Below are positions 18,758 through 27,844 of a stretch of 64,000 bases of DNA, piece after piece (the stretch's first letter is position 1; each line of letters starts with the position of its first letter). The position numbers were made by a program, and so were the translations under genes. The notes under the pieces were generated by a model. That model searched no databases. It had not been told where the DNA came from and saw nothing but the letters and a program-made list of their open reading frames with translations. The DNA is from an uncultured Verrucomicrobiae bacterium (lineage in GTDB: Bacteria; Verrucomicrobiota; Verrucomicrobiia; Limisphaerales; Palsa-1400). The stretch lies in contig CAVXRD010000001.1 in assembly GCA_963764165.1 (NCBI GenBank), positions 1,248,001 through 1,312,000 on the forward strand, written 5' to 3'.

Positions 18758-19273
18758 CTAAGGCGTGATGCTGGCTTGCAGCGTGAGGTTAATGTTGCTG
18801 ATCGCGCCGTTGGAAACGGACGTGATGCGGAAAGCCGTGGCCGGCTCCCACAGGCTCGTCGCGATGTTCGTCGCGGCGGTGACCTGGTTCGTGCCGTTCA
18901 ACGGGAACGTCCAGATAAACGGCGTAGTGGTGGTGAAGTTTGTGCCGTAACGGCCGTTGATCGCGGCCGGATTTCCGCCCGCGCTGTCGTAGGCGAAATC
19001 CACCTTCACGGTGACGTTGCTCAAGGCAACGTTGTTCGTTGTCGTCACGGTGGCCCACAATCCGATCGGATGCGAACCGCTGTAAGCGAGGAACGTGTTG
19101 GTAGAAGCGGCAGCCTGGAACAACTGGTTGCTGGTGAGCGTCTGGCTGGACACCAGCGTGTAAATGCGCGGCGTCACCTGGGTGGTGACCTGCGCAGCCG
19201 CGCGGCGCATTCCGGCGGCCAGCATGGCGGACGTGGCGAGAAGGACCAAGCCCTTCTGAATGAATCTTTTCAT
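18758..19273 (-). CDS. Signal-peptide-bearing beta-rich protein directly after the major capsid gene
   Basis: MKRFIQKGLVLLATSAMLAAGMRRAAA-Q; Thr/Asn-rich mature part. Confidence 0.75.
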   Translation of the reverse strand: MKRFIQKGLVLLATSAMLAAGMRRAAAQVTTQVTPRIYTLVSSQTLTSNQLFQAAASTNTFLAYSGSHPIGLWATVTTTNNVALSNVTVKVDFAYDSAGGNPAAINGRYGTNFTTTTPFIWTFPLNGTNQVTAATNIATSLWEPATAFRITSVSNGAISNINLTLQASITP

Positions 19274-19296
19274 ATTCGTGTTTCGATTTAAGAGTT

Positions 19297-20364
19297 TTAG
19301 TTGACTGTGATTTGCTGAATTCCAGTGGTGTGCTGCACGTGCAGGAACTCGTAGTTTTCGACCGTGAGGGCGATGAGCTTGACGCCGACATCGGTGACAT
19401 AGACGGCGTAATCGCCCCCGCCGTAAGCGGAGTTGGCGACGTGCCGCACGAGGTTGCTCGAGTCCATCGGGCCGTCGGCTTCGATGCTGGTGAACAGCAT
19501 GACGTTGCTGCCGATGATTTCCTGCTTGGCCGTGCCGGTGGATTGCTGGTAGCGCTCGGCGTTGATGATGCAGCGATCCACACCGATGGCAGTGGCCACC
19601 TGCTCTTCCGTGAATTGCCCCGCTCGCGCCAGCGCGCCGGCGGTGAGCTGTGTCTCGTAGGCGTTCTGGCGCTTGAGCGCGGCCTGATCACCGTAAACGG
19701 CGACCAGCGGATAGAAGCCGGTGGTGTTGGCCAGGTTGATGATGTCCTGCTTCAATTCCAAATCAGGATTGCTGCCTGTATCCCAAATGGTGGAGGAAGT
19801 GATGGCTGCGGCTTGCAGAAGCGAAACCGCTTCCAGCACAGTGGCGCGCATCATCAAGTCCAGCAGCCACTTGGTGTGGACCTGCTGCCATTCCGGCTTA
19901 TCCTTGAGCTGGTCGCGGTCCAGCAGCACGGTCAAACCGCGATTGGGCACCTGCAAATCCACCTTCGTGGCGACGCGCTGGCGCACGCGCATGAAGTCGG
20001 ACAGGATGCTGCGTTTGACACGCGTGTAATCCACGGTCTGCCACGGCTCGTTTTCGTCGTAAACTGTCAAGCGCACGATGCGGCTGTTGCTGGGGCGCGG
20101 CGGGGCCAGCGTGTCGCGCAATTGGCGGAGGCGGTTGCCGACCATGCCGTCGTAGCTGATGGCAAAGGCGGTCAATTCCTCGATGTATTCGGACTGCCGG
20201 AGCAGCGAATCGTTGGCCAGGCAAACCTGCCCGTGATGCGCGCCGACGTTGTTGGAGGAAATCGCGTTGGGGGCAAAATCGTTGCCCAGCGCGACTCCGA
20301 GGGATTCCAACGCCGCCACGCGGGCGGAATTGGAGAGGACGATGGGGTCTTTCATAGTTGTCAT
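19297..20364 (-). CDS. Putative major capsid protein
   Basis: About 355 aa; canonical position after protease and decoration genes; ends GIQQITVN; NRGLTVLLDRD. Confidence 0.7.
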   Translation of the reverse strand: MTTMKDPIVLSNSARVAALESLGVALGNDFAPNAISSNNVGAHHGQVCLANDSLLRQSEYIEELTAFAISYDGMVGNRLRQLRDTLAPPRPSNSRIVRLTVYDENEPWQTVDYTRVKRSILSDFMRVRQRVATKVDLQVPNRGLTVLLDRDQLKDKPEWQQVHTKWLLDLMMRATVLEAVSLLQAAAITSSTIWDTGSNPDLELKQDIINLANTTGFYPLVAVYGDQAALKRQNAYETQLTAGALARAGQFTEEQVATAIGVDRCIINAERYQQSTGTAKQEIIGSNVMLFTSIEADGPMDSSNLVRHVANSAYGGGDYAVYVTDVGVKLIALTVENYEFLHVQHTTGIQQITVN

Positions 20365-20375
20365 GGAGTGATGTG

Positions 20376-20864
20376 TTATTGGGTGATCGAGTAGGGGAAG
20401 CACGGGATGAACGGGATGTCCAATCCGCCAGCCCCAACAGTCTTGGTGGCGCGGCCGATGACCCAGAATGTGCCGTGCCCGGCAGTTGTGAGGTCGCCGA
20501 CGTAACCGTTGGGGGCCGAGTAGACGAGATTGTCAATCGTGACCGATCCCACCGAAACGCCGAGCTGCATGCCGACGGTGGCGCCAAAACGCTCGATGTC
20601 GAAGAAGTCGCCCAATTGGTAAGGGGCGTCCGGCGACACGCCAAGCGGCATGCTGGTCCCGTCCGCGACCGCGGCGTAATATTGGCCGGAACCGCGCTTG
20701 TAAACCAAATACTTGCTCGTGACGGGCAGCGAACTGCCCGGATCGATCTGGAGCGATTCGCGCCCGTGTTCGAACACGCCGCCCAATTCGTTGGCCAGGG
20801 CAACAGGCTCCGGCCCGGCGAAAAATGCGGCGGGGTTCAGGATGAATTTCAGGAATTTTCTCAT
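20376..20864 (-). CDS. Putative head decoration/capsid cement protein (DUF2190-like)
   Basis: PLGVSPD, DNLVYSAPNGYV, WVIGRATK pattern; precedes the capsid gene. Confidence 0.65.
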   Translation of the reverse strand: MRKFLKFILNPAAFFAGPEPVALANELGGVFEHGRESLQIDPGSSLPVTSKYLVYKRGSGQYYAAVADGTSMPLGVSPDAPYQLGDFFDIERFGATVGMQLGVSVGSVTIDNLVYSAPNGYVGDLTTAGHGTFWVIGRATKTVGAGGLDIPFIPCFPYSITQ

Positions 20865-20907
20865 AGGTAACTTTTTTCTGTGGATATTTTTGGTGTTCGT
20901 TTCTGGG

Positions 20908-21165
20908 TTATTTCTTTGCCGCCTGGTTTCGGGCAGCTTCGAATTCACGCTGCCGCTTTATGACGGCGATGGCCTGCTCGCGGCGCAAACCGCGCGCCAT
21001 TTTTTCGCCGATGATGACCTCGTCGGCCTCGGCTTGTTTCTTGACAGCCTCAAACTGCGCGATGCGGGCTTTGAGGATGGCGTTCTCGGCCGCCAGATCG
21101 CCGGCGGCGGGCGGCGGCGTGGCTGCCGCGGTGGATGGTGCTGATGATGGAGTTTCTTTTGGCAT
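20908..21165 (-). CDS. Small coiled-coil hypothetical protein (scaffold-like)
   Basis: 85 aa: LAAENAILKARIAQFE, GLRREQAIAVIKRQ. Confidence 0.6.
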   Translation of the reverse strand: MPKETPSSAPSTAAATPPPAAGDLAAENAILKARIAQFEAVKKQAEADEVIIGEKMARGLRREQAIAVIKRQREFEAARNQAAKK

Positions 21166-21181
21166 AGGTGGATCGGTTGAA

Positions 21182-22381
21182 TTAACGGGCCCGCAATTTT
21201 TCGGCGAGGCCGGGGTTGCTGCTCATTACGGCGTGGTGCGCCTTGACGGGATCGGTCTCGCCGCTTTCCTTCATGTGGCGCTCGACGGAGGCGCAATACT
21301 CTTCGCGCACGTCGCCGCTGGCGCGGTGGTTGGAGAGAATTTTTCCACTTTCGGCGCACGCCGTCGTTTTGAAGCGGGCGGGAGCGTCCAGCAAGCTGGC
21401 TGATTCGCGCTCGAAATCGGCTGCGTTTTCCAGCGCCTGAAGACGTGTGGAGCGTTCGGACACGGCCACTTTGCCGCGAGCAATCGCCAAGTCGACGACT
21501 CCGGCGGCACGCTGCGATTTCACCTGCGCGATTTGCGTTTTCAAGCCGTTCGCCTCGTTTTCAAGCGCGGCGGCAGCGGACTTCAAATTCGCGACTTGCG
21601 ATTTGAGATCCTCGTTTTCGCCGGACAGGGTTGCATTCTCGTTGCCCAGCGCCGCGGCCTCGCCGGCGGCGGAGGCGTGGAGCTTTTGCAGGGCTGCGAG
21701 AACCTCGGGTTCGGCCGGGCTGTCGGGATGGGCGAGAGTCGCGCCATTGGCCAGCAGCCAGCCTGCGATGAGTTTCATTTCGGGTTCTTTTGTTGGGATG
21801 TTTTCTTCGGTTGCACCGGCGGGTCTGGCGTTGGCCAGCGATTCCACGCCGGAAATGTTGGGATGGGCCGTCAGGCCCGCGGACAAAAGCTTGAAGGGCC
21901 GGGCCAGAATGGCGTTGCCGCGCCGCCCCATCGGCTGGACATACCAAAGCGCGCTGGGATATTTGCATCCGTCGCGCTCAACGGCTTCGGCGCCGGCAGG
22001 CGTCAAGACGAAATGCGCCTCCAGCCCGCGCTCGGATTTGCGCACCTTGTCGATGGCGCCGATGATTTCCTTCTTCCCTGCGCGCTCCGTCGAATTGGGC
22101 GAGAAGTCCGCCAGATCAGGATGGCCTTTGTAGACCGGAATGCCGATCACGGCGCGGCGAATGCGGCGGAAGAGAGAATTCTCGCGGGAAAGAAGCTGGT
22201 CGGCCGATTCGTGGTCGAGAACCTGGATGAAGTGCTCGCGCTCGATTCGCCCATCTTTTCGGACGAGGCGCGACTTGGGATGCTCGCCAAAGGGCGCAAT
22301 CAGCGCCCAGCCTTCGTCGTCAAGTGAGTATTCATTTGACAGAATGGTCATGTGTTGGGTCATGGGTAAATTCGGGTTCAT
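21182..22381 (-). CDS. Mu-like prophage I protein (prohead protease plus scaffold)
   Basis: WALIAPFGEHP, PVYKGHPD, KYPSALW, LLSAGLTAHPNI, followed by a coiled-coil scaffold. Confidence 0.85.
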   Translation of the reverse strand: MNPNLPMTQHMTILSNEYSLDDEGWALIAPFGEHPKSRLVRKDGRIEREHFIQVLDHESADQLLSRENSLFRRIRRAVIGIPVYKGHPDLADFSPNSTERAGKKEIIGAIDKVRKSERGLEAHFVLTPAGAEAVERDGCKYPSALWYVQPMGRRGNAILARPFKLLSAGLTAHPNISGVESLANARPAGATEENIPTKEPEMKLIAGWLLANGATLAHPDSPAEPEVLAALQKLHASAAGEAAALGNENATLSGENEDLKSQVANLKSAAAALENEANGLKTQIAQVKSQRAAGVVDLAIARGKVAVSERSTRLQALENAADFERESASLLDAPARFKTTACAESGKILSNHRASGDVREEYCASVERHMKESGETDPVKAHHAVMSSNPGLAEKLRAR

Positions 22382-22389
22382 TGCTTTGG

Positions 22390-23835
22390 TTAGGCGGCTT
22401 GGTTTGGAATCGAGTAACCGAGCGCCGGCTCAGTCGCATGCGAACTGTAGAAGCCCGCTTCGTCCACCTGCGGATCCGGCATGTCCGGATTGGCGGTCTG
22501 CGGCTCGCGCCGGGCGTCTGCGCCGGGCGCGATAGGCGTCGCGCTGGAAGAAGCGGCCGGGAGCGAGTGCGTTTCGCGGGGATGGCCGGTTGTATCGCCC
22601 TCCTCCCGGCCGTGGGGTCGGGGGTTGCGGGGAAATTCGAGGCACGGCTCGCCGGGCGCTGGCGGCGTCCAGCGGAAGCGCTTGTAAGCTTCCTTCAAGC
22701 TGATGCGAAGGCCCATCGGCACCAGCGCCTGGGCGCACTGCAAATCCATCGCCGCCGAATCGTCCTGCGGCGCGACCACCGCCATCCAGGCCCGCGGCTC
22801 TCTGTCAAATAGGTAACGGATTACGGGACGGTCAACGCGGTCGTTCAAAATTTCTGAGGCCCAGGCGGCGTCGCGGGCGAGGAAAATTCCGGATTCCTCT
22901 TTTTGCACGCTCGCGCCAACGACGTTTCGCCCGGATTCGCGGCTGCCAGTGGCAAGATCGACGCCGCGATAACATTTGGCGTAAAGGCGATTGACCAGTT
23001 CCACCAGAGGCGCGAACGGGAGGGTGGCGGCGGCGGGAATGCTCGAAAATTTAATGTTTAGGTCAGGGTTGTGAATGACTTGTCCATCGTTGGCCAATTC
23101 ATTCAACACCTGGCGGGCTTCCTCCCACGCAGGATCGCCCTTTTGCGCGCTCGTGACGGCCTCGACAAAACCAGAGCCGTAGCGGGCGTTGAACAACAGC
23201 CAGTCGCGCAGGGAAAGCGACTTCAAGACAAACGCCATGCTGAGCGAGCGCATCAGCCCCTGCCCGACCGCCGTCAGCCATTCCCCTTGCAGGCAAGGCT
23301 CGCCGTAGACGTCAAATATATGTTTGAGATAGCCAAGATAGCCGCGGCGGCTCTCGAAGAACCAAATGGGCGTGTGGCGGAATTCGGCGGTCACCTCGCG
23401 CGCGGCGGGATTATCCACCCGCAGCAGCATTTCGTGGACGCTATAATAATGCGAGTGCGCGGTGGCGAGCTGGTAGAGCAGTTCGCTCACGCCGCCCGAG
23501 GAATCCTGGTCCAGCGCCCGGGTGGTGCGCAGATGGCGGTAGAAATACTCGAGGGCCTGGGCGTGGCGGTCCCCTTCCGGGCTGCCGTCGGAAACGATCT
23601 GCCAATCAAGCCCGGCGAGGTCGGAGGCGCGCTTGTCGGCATTGGCCGAAAGCTCGCCGTCCCGTTCAATCATGGTTTCCCATATTTTGCCGACAACGCG
23701 CAATTCGCCGATGCGGAAGGCGTTGAGGTTGGAGGAAATCCAGTCCATCGAAATGTTCGGCATCGGCGAGTAGCGGAGCCGGATGGCCCATTCGATGCGG
23801 GCCTGGTCAAATTGAGATGCGCCACTGAGGTTCAT
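22390..23835 (-). CDS. Mu gp29-like (DUF935) portal protein
   Basis: WETMIERDGELS, LAGLDWQI, GQGLMRSL, RDWLLFNARYG. Confidence 0.85.
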   Translation of the reverse strand: MNLSGASQFDQARIEWAIRLRYSPMPNISMDWISSNLNAFRIGELRVVGKIWETMIERDGELSANADKRASDLAGLDWQIVSDGSPEGDRHAQALEYFYRHLRTTRALDQDSSGGVSELLYQLATAHSHYYSVHEMLLRVDNPAAREVTAEFRHTPIWFFESRRGYLGYLKHIFDVYGEPCLQGEWLTAVGQGLMRSLSMAFVLKSLSLRDWLLFNARYGSGFVEAVTSAQKGDPAWEEARQVLNELANDGQVIHNPDLNIKFSSIPAAATLPFAPLVELVNRLYAKCYRGVDLATGSRESGRNVVGASVQKEESGIFLARDAAWASEILNDRVDRPVIRYLFDREPRAWMAVVAPQDDSAAMDLQCAQALVPMGLRISLKEAYKRFRWTPPAPGEPCLEFPRNPRPHGREEGDTTGHPRETHSLPAASSSATPIAPGADARREPQTANPDMPDPQVDEAGFYSSHATEPALGYSIPNQAA

Positions 23836-23945
23836 AGTGTGTTCGGGTAGCGGTTGGATGAGCCCAGCGCGGGGATTCGGGCCGCCTGCAGTTCGTTCTG
23901 CCGGCCGCGCGTTTCGCGTTGAGCTTTATGTTTCATGCTCGTCAT
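23832..23945 (-). CDS. Short 34-37 aa ORF translationally coupled to the portal gene
   Basis: MTSMKHKAQRETRGRQNELQAARIPALGSSNRYPNTL; its TGA overlaps the portal ATG. Confidence 0.4.
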   Translation of the reverse strand: MTSMKHKAQRETRGRQNELQAARIPALGSSNRYPNTL

Positions 23946-23972
23946 TACGCAACGAGTGAAACATGCATTTAT

Positions 23973-24026
23973 TGAAACAGAAAACCTACCAGAGGTTTTT
24001 TAGCACGATTTTTGCAAAAAAAATGC
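23973..24026 (-). promoter_or_regulatory. Conserved ~50-bp element with AAAACCT-N5-AGGTTTT core (copy 2), upstream of the phage-like operon
   Basis: Palindrome at 23981-23999; inverted near-copy of 701-755. Confidence 0.65.
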
Positions 24027-24167
24027 ACTTTTTTGCCCCTAAGTCCCATTTCTTGATGCAAGCGCACTTAAAAAAGGGGACAGAAAATGAAAAAGCGGGG
24101 GGGGTTGGCTTTTTTGCGGCGGTTTTTCGCAAAAAGAATGATTTTCTGCCGATTCTTAAGTGCGGCG

Positions 24168-24212
24168 ATGGGAAGAATGGGAATGATGTGACTAATGGGA
24201 TATATGGGACAA
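24168..24212. repeat. Degenerate 9-bp tandem repeat (ATGGGAnnn x5)
   Basis: atgggaaga atgggaatg atgtgacta atgggatat atgggacaa. Confidence 0.65.
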
Positions 24213-24274
24213 TACCAATTCAGGGACGCGCGAAACGGGCCTCGGCCTCTTTTCCTGAGTTCGGGCGTTCCTGA

Positions 24275-26503
24275 TTAAAACCTCTTCTTCGGCGCGAAGC
24301 GCCGCAAGCGCAGTGCGTTTCCCAGCACTATCAAATCGGAGAAGCCCATCGCCGCGGCGCACAGAATTGGGCTGAGAAATCCCAAGGCAGCCAGCGGGAT
24401 GGCGGCGGCGTTGTAGAAAAAGGCCCAGAATAAATTTTGCCGGATTGTTGACAGCGTGGCGCGGGCCTGCCGCAAGGCTTCCGGCACGGCTTCGATTCCG
24501 GAATTTAATAGCACCATGTCGGCTGCTTCGCCCGCAATGTCGCTGGCGCGGCCAACTGCGATGCCAAGGTCGGCCTGCTCCAGCGCGGGAGCGTCGTTGA
24601 TGCCATCGCCGACGAAAGCGACTTTCTCGCCTTGCGACTGGAGCTTGCGCACGAGTTCCGCTTTGTCGGCGGGTTTTATTTCCGAGTAAACCCGATCTGC
24701 GGCAATGCCGGCTTGCTTCGCGATGGTGGCGGCGGCGCGCAGGTTGTCTCCCGTCACCATGAAAACGCGCAACCCGCTGTTTTCCAACTCGCGCACTGCA
24801 GCGGCGGAGGCTGGCTTCACGGTGTCTTTTAACGCCAGCAGCGCGAGCAATTCTCGATCCCGCGACAAGCCTAGAATAGTCGCTCCTTGCTCGCTCCAGC
24901 TTGCGATGAATTCGGAATTTTCGGGAATTGGAATCCCGCATTGCCGAAGCCACGCCATTGAGCCAAGCCGCGCCAAGCTGGAAGCGGACACCTTCGCCTC
25001 GACGCCTGAGCCAATGACTTCGCGCCAATCAGAAAGCTCAATTGCGTCAAAATCCAATTTAGCGACAGCGCGGCTGAACGGATGTCGCGATCCGCGAGCG
25101 AGCGCGGCGGCCAGCGGCAGTTTGGCGCCTTCCGTGGCGGCCACCGCCGGTTCTCCTTGCGTGAGAGTTCCGGTTTTATCGGCGAGGAGGACGGTTATTT
25201 TGCCCGCTTTCTCCAGCGCAATTCCGTCGCGAATCAAAATGCCGTGCCGGGCGGCGACGTGCGCTGCAACCATCAACGCCGCTGGCGTGGCCAATCCCAT
25301 CGCGCATGGACACGCGACAATGAGCACGGCAACCGCGTTTAGAATCGCGGCGGCAAGCGGTGAGCCGTGGATGTGCGGCTGCCAAAGAAAATGACTCATC
25401 CACTCGCCGAGGGCGCGGGCGCGTTCAGGCGCAAGACCCCACCAAAGTCCCGTCGCAATTGCAACTGAGACGACAATGGGAACGAAAACGCTGCTGACTA
25501 TGTCGGCCAGCCGTTGAATGTCAGCGCGGCTGTTTTGCGCGCGCTCAACAGCGGCTACAATTCGCGCCACCGCCGTTTCCTCGCCGACGGCCGTGACCTC
25601 GGCATAGGCATGGCCGTTGACGTTGAGCGTTCCGGCGTATATTTGACTGCCAACATCCTTTTCAACTGGCACCGATTCACCCGTCAGCATCGCTTCGTCG
25701 ACGCTGCATTGCCCGCGCAGCAAGCGTCCGTCGAGAGGGATCCGGTCGCCGGGGCGCAGGACAATTTGATCGCCGGGGCGCAATTCAGAAACGGGCGCAT
25801 CGGTTTCACTGCCGTCCGCCCGGGCGCGCCGCGCGGTGGCGGGAGCGAGCGCGAACAGCGAGCGCATGGATTTTTCCGCGCGGCCGCTGGCGCTGGCCTC
25901 GAACCAATGGCCGATGCTGATGAGCGTGATGATCGACGCCGCTTCCATGAAGCAGAGACGCCCCCTCGCGCCCGCGAATAGCTCGTAAACGCCAAAACCG
26001 AATGCGGCAGTGGAACCCAGCGCCACCAGCGTATCCATGTTCGAGCGCCCCGCTTTGATCTGCTGCCACGCGCCTTTGTAAAATCTTGCGCCGCCGAAAA
26101 TTTGCAGCGGCAGCGTGAGAACAAATCCAGCCCAATGAAACCAGCGTTTATCGCCGAGATGAAAAATCCATTCGCCAACCATTAACGGGATTGTCACGCA
26201 AAGACCGCCGATAACGTTGACGCGCCATCCATCGAGAGAAGATTTATTTCCCGGCTTCGTTTCGGGCGAAACAGCTTTGGCCTCGAAGCCGGCGGCTTGA
26301 ACTGCGCTTGACAGGGCGGAAATATCGGGAGTCATGTCGGCGCGCCAATGCACCCGCGCCCGGCCGTCCTGCAAGGACACGCTGGCGCTGGCGACGCCAG
26401 CCACACTTTGCAGGGCGTCGGTGGCATTTCGGGCGCAATTGGAGCAGGTCATTCCGGCAATGAGCAACTCGCTGCGAGGCCCGGCTTGAATGGCGGATGC
26501 CAT
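24275..26503 (-). CDS. copA: Copper-translocating P1B-type ATPase
   Basis: HMA GMTCSNC, TGES, CPC, DKTGT, GDGINDAP, TM7 YN and TM8 MxxS motifs. Confidence 0.93.
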   Translation of the reverse strand: MASAIQAGPRSELLIAGMTCSNCARNATDALQSVAGVASASVSLQDGRARVHWRADMTPDISALSSAVQAAGFEAKAVSPETKPGNKSSLDGWRVNVIGGLCVTIPLMVGEWIFHLGDKRWFHWAGFVLTLPLQIFGGARFYKGAWQQIKAGRSNMDTLVALGSTAAFGFGVYELFAGARGRLCFMEAASIITLISIGHWFEASASGRAEKSMRSLFALAPATARRARADGSETDAPVSELRPGDQIVLRPGDRIPLDGRLLRGQCSVDEAMLTGESVPVEKDVGSQIYAGTLNVNGHAYAEVTAVGEETAVARIVAAVERAQNSRADIQRLADIVSSVFVPIVVSVAIATGLWWGLAPERARALGEWMSHFLWQPHIHGSPLAAAILNAVAVLIVACPCAMGLATPAALMVAAHVAARHGILIRDGIALEKAGKITVLLADKTGTLTQGEPAVAATEGAKLPLAAALARGSRHPFSRAVAKLDFDAIELSDWREVIGSGVEAKVSASSLARLGSMAWLRQCGIPIPENSEFIASWSEQGATILGLSRDRELLALLALKDTVKPASAAAVRELENSGLRVFMVTGDNLRAAATIAKQAGIAADRVYSEIKPADKAELVRKLQSQGEKVAFVGDGINDAPALEQADLGIAVGRASDIAGEAADMVLLNSGIEAVPEALRQARATLSTIRQNLFWAFFYNAAAIPLAALGFLSPILCAAAMGFSDLIVLGNALRLRRFAPKKRF

Positions 26504-26527
26504 GGGCACACAATAGGGCGAATTGGC

Positions 26528-27256
26528 GTGAGCAACAAGTATTACAAAACCGGCGACGAGCGCGCCGCGCTGGTCGCAGATCTGTTCGCGGTGATTGCGC
26601 GGCGCTACGATCTCATCAACGACTTGCAAAGCCTTGGCCTGCACCGCCATTGGAAAAAACGCGTCGCGAAACTAGCGGGCCTCAAGCCGGGAGACAAAGC
26701 GCTCGATGTCTGCTGCGGCACGGGAGACATTTCGTTTGCGTTGCGCCGGGAAGGTGCGGCGGTCATCGGCCTGGATTTCAGCGAAGGAATGCTCGAGGTC
26801 GCCCGAGAGCGCGAAAAAAATTGGGCCAATTCGTCCAATGGAACCCATATCGCCTTTCAGCAAGGCGACGCCATGGAGCTTCCGTTTGAACCGGGCAAGT
26901 TCGATGCCGTGACGGTGGGCTATGGATTGCGAAATTTGGAAAGCTGGGAGCGCGGCGTGGAGGAAATGGTGCGCGTGGCGCGCTCGGGAGGACGCATATT
27001 AATATTGGACTTCGGCAAGCCCGACAACGCGCTTTGGCGGGCGATGTTTTACTTTTATTTGCGCACAGTCGTGCCGTTATTGGGAAAATTACTTTGCCGT
27101 GATGCGGCGGCGCTGGCGTATATATACGAATCCCTGCTGGCTTACCCTGCTCAGCGCGGCGTCGCCGAAAAACTGTCGAGGCTGGGTTGCCGCGAAGTGA
27201 AAATCAGGAACGCCATGGGCGGCGCCATGAGCATTCATTCGGGAATTAAAAGTTGA
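26528..27256 (+). CDS. ubiE: Ubiquinone/menaquinone biosynthesis methyltransferase
   Basis: RYDLINDLQSLGLHRHWK, LDVCCGTGD, GYGLRN, YIYES; GTG start at 26528. Confidence 0.9.
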   Translation: MSNKYYKTGDERAALVADLFAVIARRYDLINDLQSLGLHRHWKKRVAKLAGLKPGDKALDVCCGTGDISFALRREGAAVIGLDFSEGMLEVAREREKNWANSSNGTHIAFQQGDAMELPFEPGKFDAVTVGYGLRNLESWERGVEEMVRVARSGGRILILDFGKPDNALWRAMFYFYLRTVVPLLGKLLCRDAAALAYIYESLLAYPAQRGVAEKLSRLGCREVKIRNAMGGAMSIHSGIKS

Positions 27257-27260
27257 TCCG

Positions 27261-27340
27261 GGCAGGGCGAGACTCCGTCGGGCCCTGGTCGGATATTCTG
27301 GCTTGAATTTAGTCAGGGCTCGACCGAGTCTCGCCCTACC
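27261..27340. repeat. Third REP-doublet-like inverted repeat
   Basis: 27261-27287 and 27314-27340 are inverted over 27 bp with 3 mismatches. Confidence 0.7.
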
Positions 27341-27361
27341 AGAATTTGGGACGGCGGCAAA

Positions 27362-27520
27362 TTACTTCCGTTTCTGTTCCTTTATTGGTTCGTCGAAATC
27401 GTATTCAGGCTCGGCGGCGAGTTCCTGGCGCAACCAGACCGCGAGCGCGACTCCAAAACAGATCAAAAGCCCAACGGGCACGCAGAGCTCACCCCAGTAG
27501 TTGAAATTCACATCTTCCAT
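27362..27520 (-). CDS. Small single-pass membrane protein (52 aa)
   Basis: MEDVNFNYWGELCVPVGLLICFGVALAVWL followed by a charged tail. Confidence 0.55.
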   Translation of the reverse strand: MEDVNFNYWGELCVPVGLLICFGVALAVWLRQELAAEPEYDFDEPIKEQKRK

Positions 27521-27844
27521 ACGGGCGCGGAGGATGAACGGGGCAAAAGAAAATTGCAAATAATAACTTGCGCCCCTTGCAAAATGTCTGCATTGTGTAC
27601 CGCACTCAGGAGCGCAGGGTAATTTTCTCTGTGATGCTTCATGCTCCACGAGCACAAGCCCAGCGCCCTATGAAAACTCGGACAATCGATTGAATTGGAA
27701 CAAATCATACGTGTGGTGGAATAAAGCCCCATCGGCACTGGATCGCCAAAAAAACTCCCTGACGGGTTTTCTGTCGGGAGGAACGATTGCCTCAACTCTC
27801 TGCACGACTTGTTCTCATTTTGAAACCCTAAACTCCATTACACC

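Larger units (their letters stand above)
9311..23945 (-). mobile_element. Phage-derived structural operon (Mu-like head plus neck and tail genes); GTA-like element or cryptic prophage
   Basis: About 16 co-oriented, tightly spaced ORFs in the order portal, protease, decoration, capsid, connector, tail. Confidence 0.85.

Noticed and set aside
9311..23945. Complete inducible Mu prophage, or contractile tailocin/eCIS
   Set aside because: No transposase, terminase, lysis genes or ends are visible; there is no sheath gene, and head genes are present
26348..26650. Extended overlapping N-termini of copA and ubiE in the ORF track
   Set aside because: Family motifs begin at 26503 and 26528; the extensions are artefacts of longest-ORF calling
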